DNA of 64,000 bases from the NCBI GenBank assembly GCA_965204035.1, contig OZ241964.1:1438726-1502725 (forward strand), in the 5' to 3' direction. Under the pieces are notes generated by a model that worked only from the letters and a program-made list of their open reading frames with translations, did not search any database and was not told the origin of the DNA. Made by a program: the position numbers and the translations under genes. Shown piece by piece: positions 1 to 11,453 of the stretch. This stretch comes from Thermodesulfobacteriota bacterium. Its GTDB lineage: Bacteria > Desulfobacterota_D > UBA1144 > Nemesobacterales > Nemesobacteraceae. Position 1 is the stretch's first letter. Each line of letters starts with the position of its first letter.

Positions 1-48
1 AGATCCGAGTCAGAGCCCATGATAACGCTCACTAAAACAGGTTTCATG
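1..48 (-). CDS. purE: PurE (N5-CAIR mutase), first 16 codons only; gene runs off the left edge
   Basis: Minus-strand ATG at 48 overlaps the purK stop (ATGA). Translation MKPVLVSVIMGSDSDL matches the conserved PurE N-terminus (IMGSxSD). Confidence 0.6.
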
Positions 49-1189
49 CTATCGCCCTCAGATTGTTCATTATGAATCTCGCCTTCTCAAGCGCGCCTGA
101 AATATCATCGTCAAGCACGGTGACATGCCCCATCTTTCTGTAAGGCTTGGTAAGGGTTTTACCGTATATGTGGAACTTGGCTCCTTCAACGCCCATGCAT
201 CCGCGAAGTCCCTCGTACCTTACCTCGCCCTCAAAACCCGGTTGCCCCAGGATGTTAATCATAACAGAAGGAGTTTTTATTTCAGTATCCCCCGGGGGAA
301 GATCAAGAATTGATCTAAGGCACTGCTCATACTGCGAGGTGTGAGCTGCGTCAATCGTGTGATGCCCGCTGTTATGGGGTCTCGGAGCGGATTCGTTTAT
401 GAGAATATCGCCTTTTTTGGAAACAAACATCTCAACCGCGAGTATCCCGCACATGTCAAAAGACCTTATCGTGCGCTCGGCAAGTTCACATGCCTGAGCG
501 GACATTGCATCGTCAAGCTCGCAGGGACTTATCAGGAATTCAACTATGTTTGCATTGCTGTTAAACAGCATTTCCACCGGGGGAAAACATTTCGTTTCTC
601 CGGTGGCGTTACGCGAGACTATAACGGAAATCTCCTTTTCCACGTCAACGAGGTCCTCAATGACGGACTCTCCTTCCAGAAGATCGTCGAGCTGTTCTTT
701 CTCCCTTACGACGTACACTCCCCTTCCGTCATAACCCGTCCTTGAAAGTTTCTGGACGAAAGGAACTTCTATCTCCCCGGACCCGACGGCCGCAGCTATG
801 GCCTCTCTCCCCGGAAAGACCGAAAAATCGGCTGTGGGGAGTCCCTTTGAGACATAGAACTCTTTCTGCTTCGCCTTGTCCTGTATGAGTTCAAGCGCGT
901 GGGGCTCAGGTCTTATTACAACTCCTTCTTCCCGCAGCCGGAAAAGCGCCTGCAGGTTCACGTGCTCAATCTCTATTGTCAGGATGTCAACATTTCTGCC
1001 AAACTTGTAGACATCCTCGTAATTCCTGAAATCTCCATGGGTAAACCCGGTGCACACGGAAGCCGCCGGACAATCAGCGGAAGGATCGAGCACATAAGTG
1101 CGGAGGTTCCAGTTGCTCGCAACCTGACAGAGCATTTTCCCGAGCTGACCGCCTCCGAGAATTCCCAGTTTTACATGTTCAAAATCCAT
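44..1189 (-). CDS. purK: N5-carboxyaminoimidazole ribonucleotide synthase PurK (ATP-grasp)
   Basis: ORF 44..1219. ILGGGQLGKM P-loop at the N-terminus and C-terminal HIYGK...RKMGHVT typical of PurK. Start placed at the internal ATG (MDFEHVKLGILGGGQLG) to clear the upstream gene. Confidence 0.9.
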   Translation of the reverse strand: MDFEHVKLGILGGGQLGKMLCQVASNWNLRTYVLDPSADCPAASVCTGFTHGDFRNYEDVYKFGRNVDILTIEIEHVNLQALFRLREEGVVIRPEPHALELIQDKAKQKEFYVSKGLPTADFSVFPGREAIAAAVGSGEIEVPFVQKLSRTGYDGRGVYVVREKEQLDDLLEGESVIEDLVDVEKEISVIVSRNATGETKCFPPVEMLFNSNANIVEFLISPCELDDAMSAQACELAERTIRSFDMCGILAVEMFVSKKGDILINESAPRPHNSGHHTIDAAHTSQYEQCLRSILDLPPGDTEIKTPSVMINILGQPGFEGEVRYEGLRGCMGVEGAKFHIYGKTLTKPYRKMGHVTVLDDDISGALEKARFIMNNLRAIA

Positions 1190-1208
1190 GGCTATCACGT
1201 GCCGGAAA

Positions 1209-1868
1209 CTACAAGTCAATAATCGAGAGCAGTTCCATAGGAGTCTCTATCAGATGTTCGGCTCCGTTTTCACGAAGCTCGTCTCCCGTTCGAAAACCCC
1301 AGAGAACTCCCACCGGAAGCATACCCGCCCCGACCGCGGTAAGCATGTCCACCCCCGAGTCTCCAAGGTAAACCATCTGTGACGAGTCAATCCCGAGTTC
1401 CCTCGATATCCGCAACGCTCCCGAGGGATCGGGTTTTCTTGGAATTTCATCCCTCTGACCTATGACCACTTCAAAATTCCAGTCAGCAAGCAGGTTCTCC
1501 ACGTATTTTTCGGTAAACACGTGCGGCTTGTTGGTAAGAATCGCCTTTTTCAGACCTCTTTCGGAAAGCTCGTTCAGAAGATCCGGTATGCCGTCATAAA
1601 GCGTGGTTTTTACGTTAAAGGCGCGACTGTAGATGCTGTTGAAATCGGCAAGGCACTTTTCAACGACAGCGTCATCGCTTCTTTTGTCCTCGGGGAGGGC
1701 TCTGGACACCATGACCTTTGGACCTTTTCCTATAAAGTACTTGTAGCACCCGGTCGCGCGCGGAGGAAATCCGTTTATTCCAAGCGCCTGGTTCACGGCA
1801 TCGGCAAGATCCTCAAGAGAGTCAATCAGGGTTCCGTCAAGGTCAAATACAACTGCTCCGTAGCTCAT
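1209..1868 (-). CDS. HAD-superfamily phosphatase, phosphoglycolate phosphatase-like
   Basis: N-terminal FDLDGTLIDS HAD motif I, TNK motif, C-terminal YLGDSGVDM motif. Confidence 0.8.
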   Translation of the reverse strand: MSYGAVVFDLDGTLIDSLEDLADAVNQALGINGFPPRATGCYKYFIGKGPKVMVSRALPEDKRSDDAVVEKCLADFNSIYSRAFNVKTTLYDGIPDLLNELSERGLKKAILTNKPHVFTEKYVENLLADWNFEVVIGQRDEIPRKPDPSGALRISRELGIDSSQMVYLGDSGVDMLTAVGAGMLPVGVLWGFRTGDELRENGAEHLIETPMELLSIIDL

Positions 1869-2088
1869 AATCTTGGGAAATTATATCTTATGTACGTTCT
1901 TGCTTCAAAAAGGACCACGGCAGATACAATGCCCCCTCAATCTGTTACAATACTGTTTTAAAAGTTACAGGAAAAAATCGAACCTGCCCGAGCCTTTCTA
2001 ACGGAAAAAACTTCTAGCACTCTAAAACCAAATTCGACCGGAGAAAACCAAAGATGTTACTCAAGATCAAGGACCGTGGTGTAAAAAG

Positions 2089-3413
2089 TTGTCAATAACA
2101 GTAATTGGCGCAGGACTCGCAGGGGTTGAAGCCGCAAACCAGATAACGAAGTTTGGAATAAGGGCTGCTCTCTATGAAATGAGGCCCCTCAGGAAAACCG
2201 CCGCGCACAGAACCTCGGATCTCGCGGAGCTTGTGTGCAGCAACTCCCTGAAATCGGCGTCCATGGAGAACGCCTCCGGAATACTCAAAGAGGAAATGAA
2301 GTCTCTAGGTTCGCTTGTCATCGAGGCGGCCGAGGCATCTAGGGTTCCGGCTGGGAAGGCCCTTGCGGTCGACAGAGAGATATTCTCGGATTACATAACA
2401 AAAAGAATTCAGGGTAACGAACTTATAGACCTAAAGAGGGAAGAGGTAACAAAAATACCCGGAGACGGGATCGTGATCGTGGCCACCGGTCCACTCACTT
2501 CGGATGCACTTTGCGCGGAGATCTCCTCGCTCACGGAATCCGAATACCTTTACTTCTACGACGCCATCTCGCCGATAATCGACGCGGATACAATCGACCG
2601 CTCGAAAATCTTCAGGGGATCAAGATACGACCACGGAGACTCAGAAGAGGGAGATTATCTCAACTGCCCACTCTCTGAGGATCAGTACTACGAACTTGTG
2701 GATGACCTGATTCGCGGAGAAAAAGTGGAGACCAGAGAGTTCGAGAAAGCAATCTACTTCCAAAGCTGCATGCCGGTTGAGGTCATGTGCGAGAGGGGGA
2801 GAGACACTCTTCGGTTCGGCCCCTTAAAACCCGTCGGCCTGATTGACCCGAGAACCGGCAAAACCCCCTTTGCCGTCCTGCAGCTAAGAACGGAGAACAG
2901 CGAGGAAACGATGTACAACATGGTGGGATTTCAGACAAAACTCAGGTACCCGCAGCAAAGAACCGTTTTCAGGAAGATCTCTGGGCTTGAAGGGGCGGAG
3001 TTCCTAAGATACGGAAGCGTCCACAGAAACACATACATAGATTCCCCCAGGCTCCTTGAGAAAGACCTTTCCCTGAGTTCCAGTCCAGACGTCTTCTTCG
3101 CCGGACAGATCACGGGAGTTGAAGGATACGTCGAGTCCGCCGCAACGGGAATTGTCTGCGGAATAAACGCCTCGAGAAAAGCGTCGGACTCGCATCTGCC
3201 CACGTCCCGAGGGAAACATCCATAGGTTCCCTGCTTGAGTACATCTCGACCCCCCGAAAAACCGGGTTTCAGCCGATGAACATAAACTTCGGCCTTTTCC
3301 CCAAGGTCGAAGCAAGGATGAGGAAAGAAAAAAAGCGTGAAATCATCGCTCAAAGAGCCATAGAAAGTATAGCTGCGTACGACTCTTCTTGCCGGGTATC
3401 CGTTTCTTGCTGA
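2089..3413 (+). pseudogene. trmFO: tRNA (uracil54-C5) methyltransferase TrmFO, reading frame broken once near 3177-3180
   Basis: ORF 2089..3225 (TTG start, VIGAGLAG FAD fold, FAGQITGVEGYVESAATG) ends prematurely. The conserved TrmFO C-terminus (VPRETSIGSLLEYISTPRKTGFQPMNINFGLFP...) continues in another frame, 3183..3413. One extra A in the A4 run at 3177-3180 would restore a ~441-aa protein. Confidence 0.8.
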
Positions 3414-3789
3414 AACTATAGCGCTTGGTCTATAGCTCAAAAACTGGCAGGAATATGGGCTATAGGAGGTGTTTTTATCGCTCATGGAATGAATATGGCA
3501 ACATTCTGATTGGCCGGACTTCACATTGGATCAGTCTGTTCTGATACCTTTCGAGGAGCGTTTTCTGCATGAGTCAGGGCGCACTAAACAGAACCGGACA
3601 GCGACGCCACACACGCTACTGGCTCAACTTGCCTCCCTTTGAGAAATCGGACCGTCATAAAACAACCGATCAACAAACAACCTCACAACAATCATGCCTG
3701 CAAATCATCGAAAGTACCCGCAGGTAAAGCCTTTACAAACATGTCAGCGTATTTGATTCTTCTATTTTAATGGTAGTATTTTGCCGGTC

Positions 3790-4677
3790 ATGACATATCA
3801 GGAACTTATTCTGGCTCTTCAGGATTACTGGTCATCCAAGGGATGCTTGGTGGTCCAGCCCTACGATATAGAAAAAGGCGCCGGGACTTTTCATCCGGCC
3901 ACTTTCCTGCGCTGCCTCGGTCCCGAGCCCTGGCACGTGGCGTATGTCGAACCCTCAAGGAGACCGACCGACGGAAGATACGGAGATAATCCCAACAGGC
4001 TTCAGCACTACTACCAGTTCCAAGTGATAATAAAGCCTTCTCCCGATGATATTCAGGAACTTTTCCTCGACAGCCTCAAGTCATTCGGAATAAATCCGCT
4101 TGAGCACGACATAAGGTTCGTTGAGGATGACTGGGAATCCCCGACACTCGGAGCTTGGGGCCTTGGGTGGGAGGTTTGGCTTGACGGTATGGAAATAACC
4201 CAGTTCACATATTTTCAGCAGGCGGGCGGAATAGACCTTGATCCGATATCGGCCGAGATAACGTACGGAACCGAAAGAATAGCTATGTACCTGCAGGAAG
4301 TCGAAAGCGTTTACGATCTTGAATGGACAAAGGGAATAACGTACGGAGAGATTCATCATCAGAGCGAAGTCCAGTTCTCAAAGTACAACTTCGAGGAATC
4401 CGATCCCGCGATGCTAAGCGACCTGTTTAACATGTACGAGCAGGAATGCAGGTCTCTTATCGAAAAGCAGCTTTCCCTCCCCGCTTACGAATACTGTCTT
4501 AAAAGTTCGCACACCTTCAACCTGCTTGACGCCAGAGGAGCGATAGGGGTAGCCGAGCGGGCCTCATACATAGCGAGGGTAAGGGCACTTGCGAACCTGT
4601 GCGCGACTTCGTATCTGCAGACCAGAGAAAACCTGGGATTCCCTCTTCTCAAAAACAACCCATGGAAAAAGAACTGA
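3790..4677 (+). CDS. glyQ: Glycine--tRNA ligase alpha subunit
   Basis: [19 protein letters not shown]..., [23 protein letters not shown] are hallmark GlyQ sequences. ATG at 3790 is preferred over the TTG at 3781. Confidence 0.95.
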   Translation: MTYQELILALQDYWSSKGCLVVQPYDIEKGAGTFHPATFLRCLGPEPWHVAYVEPSRRPTDGRYGDNPNRLQHYYQFQVIIKPSPDDIQELFLDSLKSFGINPLEHDIRFVEDDWESPTLGAWGLGWEVWLDGMEITQFTYFQQAGGIDLDPISAEITYGTERIAMYLQEVESVYDLEWTKGITYGEIHHQSEVQFSKYNFEESDPAMLSDLFNMYEQECRSLIEKQLSLPAYEYCLKSSHTFNLLDARGAIGVAERASYIARVRALANLCATSYLQTRENLGFPLLKNNPWKKN

Positions 4678-6752
4678 TATTAGAAATCGGAACGGAGGAG
4701 ATACCTGCTCTATTCCTTGAAAAAGCCCGGGAGGATCTGGGCAACATCCTAAGCGGAGAACTCCGTGACAAAGGTGTTGAATTCGAGGAAATGGAAATCT
4801 TTTATACCCCGAGAAGGCTTTCGGCCAGGGTAAGCGGACTTCAGAGAAAGCAGAAAGACCGCACGACCGAGAACTTCGGACCGCCCAAGCGCATAGCGTT
4901 TGATGAAGACGGAAAGCCCACCAAGGCCGCTTTGGGCTTCGCCAGATCCCAGGGGGTCGATGTTGAGGAACTCGTCATCGCAAAAAGGGATAACGGGGAA
5001 TTCCTCTGCGTAAGGAAAACGGTAAAAGGAAAAAAAACTTCATCCGTTCTAAAAGAAATTCTTCCGGGAGTAATCTCATCGGTTCCCTTCCGGAAATCAA
5101 TGAGATGGGGCAACGGAAAACTGACCTTCGCAAGACCCATAAGGTGGATAGCGGCACTCTACGATGACAAGCCAGTAAAATTCAGCGTTGAAAACATCAA
5201 AAGTTCTGACCGAAGCTTCGGTCACAGGTTCACTTCCCCAAAACCGTTTCGAGTGACATTCTGGGGAAATTATCTGAAAACTCTTGAGAAAAAAAACGTA
5301 GTAGCGGACCCAGAGAAAAGAAAGGAAATAATAAGAAGGAACACAGAGACGGCGGCCAAAAAGATAGGCGGAATCATAAAGGAAGACCCTGAGCTGCTTG
5401 AAACTGTGGTGAACCTGGTGGAGCATCCAACGGTTCTGGTGGGAGAGTTCGAGGAAAAATACCTGCGGTTGCCCGAGGAAGTTCTTATAAGCGTGATGAA
5501 GAATCACCAGAAATATTTCCCTGTTTATTCTGAGAAGACCGGCAAGCTTCTTCCCCGTTTCATCTTTGTCTGCGGAACCCCGGTTAAGGATAAACGGGTA
5601 ATTATAAGGGGAAACGAGCGGGTAATAAGGGCAAGACTTAACGACGCCGAATTCTTTTTCTCCGAAGATACGAAGAAAAGCCTAAGCGCCTACACAGAAG
5701 ATCTTGAGAGCATGGTGTTTCTATCTGATATAGGAACTTACAGGGGAAAAGTCGAGCGTATGAGGATGCTTGCCGCCGACATCTTTGCCAGTCCCGATCT
5801 TGAAAGGGCCGCGGAACTCTCAAAGTCCGATCTCGCGACCCAGATGGTCTTTGAATTCGCCGAACTCCAGGGTGTCATGGGCAAGTATTACTCACTTACT
5901 TCCAAGGAGAAAAAAACCGTCGCGAACGCGATCGAGGAACAATACATGCCGCTTACTAGAACCGGTGAACTCCCGCGAACGAAAACCGGAGCGCTTCTGA
6001 GCATAGTGGACAAAACGGATAATATCTGCTCGTGCTTCATCGCGGATCTCGCACCCACCGGGTCTTCCGATCCCTATGCGCTGAGAAGACAGACCCTCGG
6101 AATAATAAGGATCGCCATAGAGAAGAAGCTTGATATTTCTCTCTCCACGCTCCTTGAACGCGGCATAAGGCTCGTGCTCGATTCCATGGACGCGCAAAAA
6201 GCTCGTGACGGCAAACTGTCCGAAGAAGAACTTAAAGTGAACATTCTCGCGTTTTTCTCCGAGAGGTTCCGCAACCTGATGACAGAGTCAGGTTACGAGA
6301 GAAATGTCGTCGAATCCGTAATCTCGGCAGGTTTTGACAATCCCCTTGACGCCTACCGCAGAATAAACGCGCTTGGGAAATTCGCAAAACGAAAGGATTT
6401 TGAGGCTCTGGCTACAGGCTTTAAGAGGGTTTTCAACATAGCGAAAACCAGACCGTCTTCACCGCTTGACAAGAAGTTGTTTAAGCAAAAAGAGGAGAGG
6501 GACCTCTATAGAGCTTTTACCAAGACGCAGACAGCGGTTTTAAAGAAACTGGCCGATTCTGAAAAAGCTGCCGGGCAAAGCGATTACCTCAAAGCGCTTG
6601 AATCCATAAAGACACTCTCCGCACCAATAGATCGTTTCTTTGACGCTGTAATGGTCATGGACAAAAACAAGAAGATCAGAGACAACCGTCTGGCTTTGCT
6701 CAATGAAATAAAAGATCTGTTTTTCATGATTGCCGATTTCTCGAAAATCTGA
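4662..6752 (+). CDS. glyS: Glycine--tRNA ligase beta subunit
   Basis: [15 protein letters not shown] start overlapping the glyQ end by 16 nt. Length and conserved blocks are typical of GlyS. Confidence 0.95.
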   Translation: MEKELILEIGTEEIPALFLEKAREDLGNILSGELRDKGVEFEEMEIFYTPRRLSARVSGLQRKQKDRTTENFGPPKRIAFDEDGKPTKAALGFARSQGVDVEELVIAKRDNGEFLCVRKTVKGKKTSSVLKEILPGVISSVPFRKSMRWGNGKLTFARPIRWIAALYDDKPVKFSVENIKSSDRSFGHRFTSPKPFRVTFWGNYLKTLEKKNVVADPEKRKEIIRRNTETAAKKIGGIIKEDPELLETVVNLVEHPTVLVGEFEEKYLRLPEEVLISVMKNHQKYFPVYSEKTGKLLPRFIFVCGTPVKDKRVIIRGNERVIRARLNDAEFFFSEDTKKSLSAYTEDLESMVFLSDIGTYRGKVERMRMLAADIFASPDLERAAELSKSDLATQMVFEFAELQGVMGKYYSLTSKEKKTVANAIEEQYMPLTRTGELPRTKTGALLSIVDKTDNICSCFIADLAPTGSSDPYALRRQTLGIIRIAIEKKLDISLSTLLERGIRLVLDSMDAQKARDGKLSEEELKVNILAFFSERFRNLMTESGYERNVVESVISAGFDNPLDAYRRINALGKFAKRKDFEALATGFKRVFNIAKTRPSSPLDKKLFKQKEERDLYRAFTKTQTAVLKKLADSEKAAGQSDYLKALESIKTLSAPIDRFFDAVMVMDKNKKIRDNRLALLNEIKDLFFMIADFSKI

Positions 6753-6804
6753 CCTGCGACCAGCCGACAGGCCCGGGCAGGCAATCCCGGTCAAAAGCAA
6801 CGAA

Positions 6805-8028
6805 TCAAAGTTGCGCGAATGGCAGAGCCACCGTGCCAAGGCCAAGAGGAAGTCTCATGTCGCCGGGGTGTACTACGTACCCGGACATCGCCACATCTCC
6901 CGTGTCTTTGCGAAACGCGTTTATGGACCTTGCCATGTGCCGACGCGGCGTCGCCGACAGTTTTACCTCCACCGGCACAAGTTTTCCTTCCGTTTCGATT
7001 ACGAAATCCACCTCGTTTCCGGCCATGGTTCTCCAGAAAAAGACTCTCGGGATTTCTCCGCGGTGAACCAGAGTCTTCACGATTTCAGAGAGCACGGCGG
7101 TCTCCATGATGGCACCTCCCATGGGACCTGCGGCTGCGTGCTGCGGGTCTTTCAGACCTGCAAGGTAACACAAAGTGCCCGTATCGGTGAAATAGACCTT
7201 CGGGGTTTTGACAAGCCGTTTTCCGACGTTGGAGAAATACGGCTGAAGCACAACCACCTGATAAGTGGCTTCCAGCACCGAGAGCCAAGCCTTGACGGTG
7301 TTAACCGAAATTCCAAGATCACGGGCCACATCGGCAAGATTCAGCAACTGTCCGCTTCTTGCCGCCAGGACCTGAAGGAATTTCCTGTAAAGGGCAAGGT
7401 CTCCTATATGACGCAGAGAACGGACGTCACGTTCAAGATAAGTCTGTATATAGCCGCCGTGCCAGAGAAACTCGTCTATTTCAGGTTGAGCGGCAGGTTC
7501 CGGGTATCCTCCCCTCAGGAACTCTTTCCATAACCTGTCAAAAGCCCGTGAGTTGTCAGGAGACGGCACGGCCCCCGATTCCCAAGGCAGGGAAAGCCCC
7601 GGCGCCGCATCCAGTTCCCGCCTGGAAAGCGGCAGCAGACAAAGCACGGCAATACGCCCGGCCAGAGACTCGGTCACTTTTTCCGTAAGCGCGAGGTTTT
7701 GAGAGCCCGTTAACAGGAACTGGCCTTTTTTACCTCGATCGGCGTCGATTTTTTCCTTTATGTAGAAAAACAGTTCCGGGGCATATTGAGCTTCATCAAG
7801 TATCACAGGGGGCGGATAGGTCTCAAGGAATGTGCGGGGATCCTGCAGCGCCAGCGCGCGGATGTCAGGCAACTCAAGAGAGACGTAACGGTAACTATCG
7901 CCGAACAATCGCAGCAGCAGGGTCGTTTTGCCGGACTGGCGCGGTCCGCTTACCAGTACGGCCGGAAACTGCGAAACAGCTTTTATGAGTACGGTCTCAA
8001 GCGATCTTTTTATATACGGAAGTTCCAT
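6805..8028 (-). CDS. AAA-type ATPase of the AAA_14/DUF4143 kind
   Basis: Walker A SGPRQSGKTTLL, Walker B ILDEAQ, TGSQ sensor block. Paralogue of 53601..54731. Confidence 0.8.
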   Translation of the reverse strand: MELPYIKRSLETVLIKAVSQFPAVLVSGPRQSGKTTLLLRLFGDSYRYVSLELPDIRALALQDPRTFLETYPPPVILDEAQYAPELFFYIKEKIDADRGKKGQFLLTGSQNLALTEKVTESLAGRIAVLCLLPLSRRELDAAPGLSLPWESGAVPSPDNSRAFDRLWKEFLRGGYPEPAAQPEIDEFLWHGGYIQTYLERDVRSLRHIGDLALYRKFLQVLAARSGQLLNLADVARDLGISVNTVKAWLSVLEATYQVVVLQPYFSNVGKRLVKTPKVYFTDTGTLCYLAGLKDPQHAAAGPMGGAIMETAVLSEIVKTLVHRGEIPRVFFWRTMAGNEVDFVIETEGKLVPVEVKLSATPRRHMARSINAFRKDTGDVAMSGYVVHPGDMRLPLGLGTVALPFAQL

Positions 8029-8206
8029 TGCCCGCTCTTTTAGTAGAAATTATGCATTTGAAATGCAAATTGTCAACTTCCCCTGCCCGTGCGAACCCGA
8101 TAACCGCCAATCCTCAAGCGTCATCTTTTTTTGTCCGTTCGGAATATTCGGCGTACGCCGACTGTCGAATCTTGCCAGAATCTGTACGCAGTCGTAAGCA
8201 TGTCAA

Positions 8207-9004
8207 TCAATAAATACCCGGTATCAGAGCCTTGCGGTGCGGCGGATAATCCCTGAAGGTTTCCACATACCATTGATGATTGCTGCGCGCCCTGGGGACG
8301 AGGTTGGCGGAGGTGAACAGCAAAAAGGCGAGGCCGCTTGTCGACCACGTCGCTAGCGCCCAGCCCGCCCATTCGAGGATTTCGCCCATATAATTCGGGC
8401 ACGAGACAAAGCGAAACCCGCCACCCCGCGGAACCACGTAGGAGGTCTCGCCTGGCCTGCGCAGACGAATGAGGATATTGTCGGCATGGAGGTTAATAGA
8501 AATCCCGACTAGGAAAATCCCGACGCCGATCAGGAAACGAGGATCGACAAGCCATCCAACTGTGTACTCGCCGAATTCGGAAATAAACCGGGCATTGACG
8601 TAGGCGTTAATCACATTGAAGAAAAAGCCCGACCCGACCACCAGCAACGGCGTCTTCCGCCCGCTTGCCCTGATCCGAAACGGGTAAATGAACGTCCGGT
8701 TGAGATAGTGGCTCTGCCACATGACCACAAAGAGCAGCGGCACGATGTTGAAAGCAGCCTTCCCGTTAAGATAGACGGCGAGGAAGACGACAACCGCCGG
8801 CAGCTCCATGATGATCCAGCCGAGCCTGCTGGAAATGTGCGGCCCCCATCCCGCACCTGCGTAATGACGGCCATAGGGTGCGGTTTTACGGAGCAGGTAA
8901 AAAAACGTCGGGACAGCCGCAGCAATGACTGCCCATACCATCACGCTGTGGAGCCGCTGCTCGGCCATCTCAACCATTCTCGCCGAGCATTCCCTGCTCG
9001 TCAA
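8207..9004 (-). CDS. Polytopic membrane protein, 3-oxo-5-alpha-steroid 4-dehydrogenase (SRD5A/DUF1295-like) family
   Basis: APYGRH near the N-terminus and C-terminal FRFVSCPNYMGEILEWAGWALA motif. Exact start uncertain. Confidence 0.7.
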   Translation of the reverse strand: MTSRECSARMVEMAEQRLHSVMVWAVIAAAVPTFFYLLRKTAPYGRHYAGAGWGPHISSRLGWIIMELPAVVVFLAVYLNGKAAFNIVPLLFVVMWQSHYLNRTFIYPFRIRASGRKTPLLVVGSGFFFNVINAYVNARFISEFGEYTVGWLVDPRFLIGVGIFLVGISINLHADNILIRLRRPGETSYVVPRGGGFRFVSCPNYMGEILEWAGWALATWSTSGLAFLLFTSANLVPRARSNHQWYVETFRDYPPHRKALIPGIY

Positions 9005-9152
9005 ACCATCGACAGGTGCCCCTCACCAATACGCCAGGGGGGACGCGACCTGAACCCGAGTTCCGCCTGCGCAGACGTAATATCGGTAAATTCAGAGTAT
9101 CATCCTGAAAATATTTGAGAAGCGGCAGTATTCGGGTATCATTCCCCTCAAT

Positions 9153-9332
9153 ATGTTCGGACAATTCGGCATATGGGAATTAATCCTGATACTGGCAATC
9201 CTGCTCATAATCTTCGGTCCGAGCAGGCTTGGAGATCTGGGGTCCTCGCTCGGCAAGGGAATAAGCGGGTTCAGAAAATCTCTGAAAGACGACGACTCAG
9301 ACAACAAGGAAGAGGGAAAAAGCGACACCTGA
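9153..9332 (+). CDS. tatA: Twin-arginine translocase subunit TatA/E (59 aa; below the ORF-track cutoff)
   Basis: Hand translation [48 protein letters not shown]... matches the TatA pattern (TM helix, FG-P hinge, amphipathic helix, acidic tail). Confidence 0.85.
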   Translation: MFGQFGIWELILILAILLIIFGPSRLGDLGSSLGKGISGFRKSLKDDDSDNKEEGKSDT

Positions 9333-9347
9333 TCAGAAACCCTCTCC

Positions 9348-9770
9348 TCAGTCCTTTATCTTCTCCGCAAGTTCCACAAGCACTCCGTTCGTTGACTTGG
9401 GATGTATAAAGGCGACTTTACAGTTGTAAGATCCGGGTCTCGCATGTTCATCGATCAGCCTGACACCTTCTTTTTCGAGGGCCCGGAGAGAAGACTCTAT
9501 ATCGTCCACAAGGAAGCAGATGTGATGAACACCCTCCCCTCTTTTCTCCAGGAATTGCGAAATCGGAGAATTTTCGTCCAAAGGCTCGATAAGTTCTACC
9601 GCAGTGCCCTCTTCCGATTCGGAGCAAAGCATCGATGTTTTGACCCCATAGTTGACCACATCCTCTCTGTGGACAACCCGAAGCCCGAGCAGTTTGGAAT
9701 AAATATCCTCAGCCTTCTTGATATCCTTTACGGCGATTGCCACATGATAAAGAAATCCGTTCTTACTCAA
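9348..9770 (-). CDS. VOC/glyoxalase-fold protein, methylmalonyl-CoA epimerase-like
   Basis: HVAIAV...GEGVHHICFLVDDI...HPKSTNGVLVEL pattern typical of methylmalonyl-CoA epimerases. Confidence 0.75.
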   Translation of the reverse strand: MSKNGFLYHVAIAVKDIKKAEDIYSKLLGLRVVHREDVVNYGVKTSMLCSESEEGTAVELIEPLDENSPISQFLEKRGEGVHHICFLVDDIESSLRALEKEGVRLIDEHARPGSYNCKVAFIHPKSTNGVLVELAEKIKD

Positions 9771-9789
9771 CTTAGAGCCTTCCCTTCAA

Positions 9790-11283
9790 CTAACCAGAAT
9801 TCCCCTCTCTGGAAATGGTGTACTTTTCGAGAGGGTCTTCAACCGGTTTGAACTTTATCTTTACGCCCCTCTCCCGCTGGATTCTTCTCATGGACTTTCC
9901 TTCTATTTCTCTGAGCTTCGCTATGATTTTTCTGTTGGCCTGTACGACAAGAGGTCCTTCAGCGCTCTGCCTTGTCCATTGATCAATATCCCTCAGTATT
10001 TCGTAACAGGTGGTGTATATCGACTTTATCCGCCCGCTCCCCTCGCAGGTATCGCAGGGTTCGGTCAAGTCGGAAAGTATGCTTTCCCTGACCCTGCGTC
10101 TGGTAAGCTGGATTACGCTGAAAGACGATATCTCCTGGATCGTGCTCCTCGCCTTATCCTTTTTCATCTCATCTGTGAAAAGTGACTCTATCTTCTTTCT
10201 GGATCTGACGGGCTGCATGTCTATGAAATCGATAACTATGATTCCGACCAGATTACGAAGCCTTATCTGCCTTGCGGCTTCAACCGCGGCTTCTTCGTTC
10301 GTTTTCATTATTGTTTTTTTCTGAAATTCCTCTCCGACGAGTTTCCCGGAGTTAACGTCAATCACCGTGAGCCCCTCGGCCTCGTCTATGATCAAGTAAC
10401 CTCCTGACTTCATCCAGACCTTTTTTCTGTACATTTTTTCGATCTGGCTCTCGACTCCGTATCTGTCGAATATGGGTTCTTCTTTGTCGTACATATCGAC
10501 TTTAAACCCATCCTTCTTAATCTTGTCGGAAAAGTACCTGGTAATCCGGCCGTGAGCCTTAGGGGAGTCAACGACAATCTTCTTAAGTCCGTTTCCCATC
10601 AGGTCCCTTACAACCCTGATACAGCTATCGGCTTCCTGATGTATCATGCCCGGGTCTTCCGATTCTTCATATTTCTTCTTTATTCTTCTCCACTTTCTCA
10701 CAAGCGCCTTCATTTCGGTCTTGATATCCTTCTCATCCGCCCCCACGCATGCAGTTCTCACTATAAAACCCATGTCCTCGGGTTTATTCTGCATGATTTC
10801 GGAAAATCTTTTCCTGCTTTTTCTGTCCGTTATTTTGCGGGACACGTTAACCGAGTCTGCCCCGGGAAGCAGAACAAGATACTTGCCCGGTATCCCGACA
10901 TGGGATGTTAGCTTGGGGCCCTTGTTCCCGGTCGGTTCCTTTGTAACCTGAACCATTACTTCCTGGCCCTGGCGCAGCACCTTCTGTATCGGCTGGCGAT
11001 TCTTTCTGGATGTCTTTTTCGTCTCTTCCTCTTCAAGGAAAAGTTCGCTAAGCGATTCCTCATACACATCCTCGGCGGAGAGAAACCCGGACCTGCCGTC
11101 TCCCATGCCGACAAACGCCGCCTGAACTCCGGGGACTATCTTTTCGACTTTCCCCTTGTAGATGTTGCCCACCATTGAAGAACTGGATTTTCTCTCAATG
11201 AAAAGCTCGATCAGCCTGCTCTTCTCCAAGACCGCTATCCTCGTCTCGTTAAAAAGCGAGTTGATAATGAGTTGAGTGTTCAT
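9790..11283 (-). CDS. rng: Ribonuclease E/G family protein (RNase G-like)
   Basis: N-terminal S1 domain (GNIYKGKVEKIVPGVQAAFV), DNase-I-like and Zn-link (CxxC) regions. About 497 aa with no long C-terminal scaffold. Confidence 0.9.
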   Translation of the reverse strand: MNTQLIINSLFNETRIAVLEKSRLIELFIERKSSSSMVGNIYKGKVEKIVPGVQAAFVGMGDGRSGFLSAEDVYEESLSELFLEEEETKKTSRKNRQPIQKVLRQGQEVMVQVTKEPTGNKGPKLTSHVGIPGKYLVLLPGADSVNVSRKITDRKSRKRFSEIMQNKPEDMGFIVRTACVGADEKDIKTEMKALVRKWRRIKKKYEESEDPGMIHQEADSCIRVVRDLMGNGLKKIVVDSPKAHGRITRYFSDKIKKDGFKVDMYDKEEPIFDRYGVESQIEKMYRKKVWMKSGGYLIIDEAEGLTVIDVNSGKLVGEEFQKKTIMKTNEEAAVEAARQIRLRNLVGIIVIDFIDMQPVRSRKKIESLFTDEMKKDKARSTIQEISSFSVIQLTRRRVRESILSDLTEPCDTCEGSGRIKSIYTTCYEILRDIDQWTRQSAEGPLVVQANRKIIAKLREIEGKSMRRIQRERGVKIKFKPVEDPLEKYTISREGNSG

Positions 11284-11453
11284 AAGATGTTGAAATATAA
11301 GCCGATTATCCTAGCAAGTATAACCGCAAGTACTTAATGTGGAAAAAATTAAGCTTGTCAGACGGTTAAAATCTTTTCCCGGCGCTTCGCCGGAACGAAG
11401 CTAGCCCGGTGCTGTAGGCGGAAGCAGACGGTCTTTACGCGGTCTCGTGGAAA

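Noticed and set aside
3414-3789. A 375-bp intergenic region before glyQ, inspected for a tRNA, riboswitch or T-box. Other long spacers were inspected likewise: 11284..11453, 13650..13994, 34603..34958.
   Set aside because: I could not find cloverleaf-compatible arms, a T-loop GTTCRA motif or a convincing conserved leader structure by eye. A covariance-model scan would be needed to exclude small RNAs.
6730-7533. A 267-aa plus-strand ORF.
   Set aside because: Antisense to the AAA/DUF4143 ATPase. Begins inside the glyS 3' end. No motifs.
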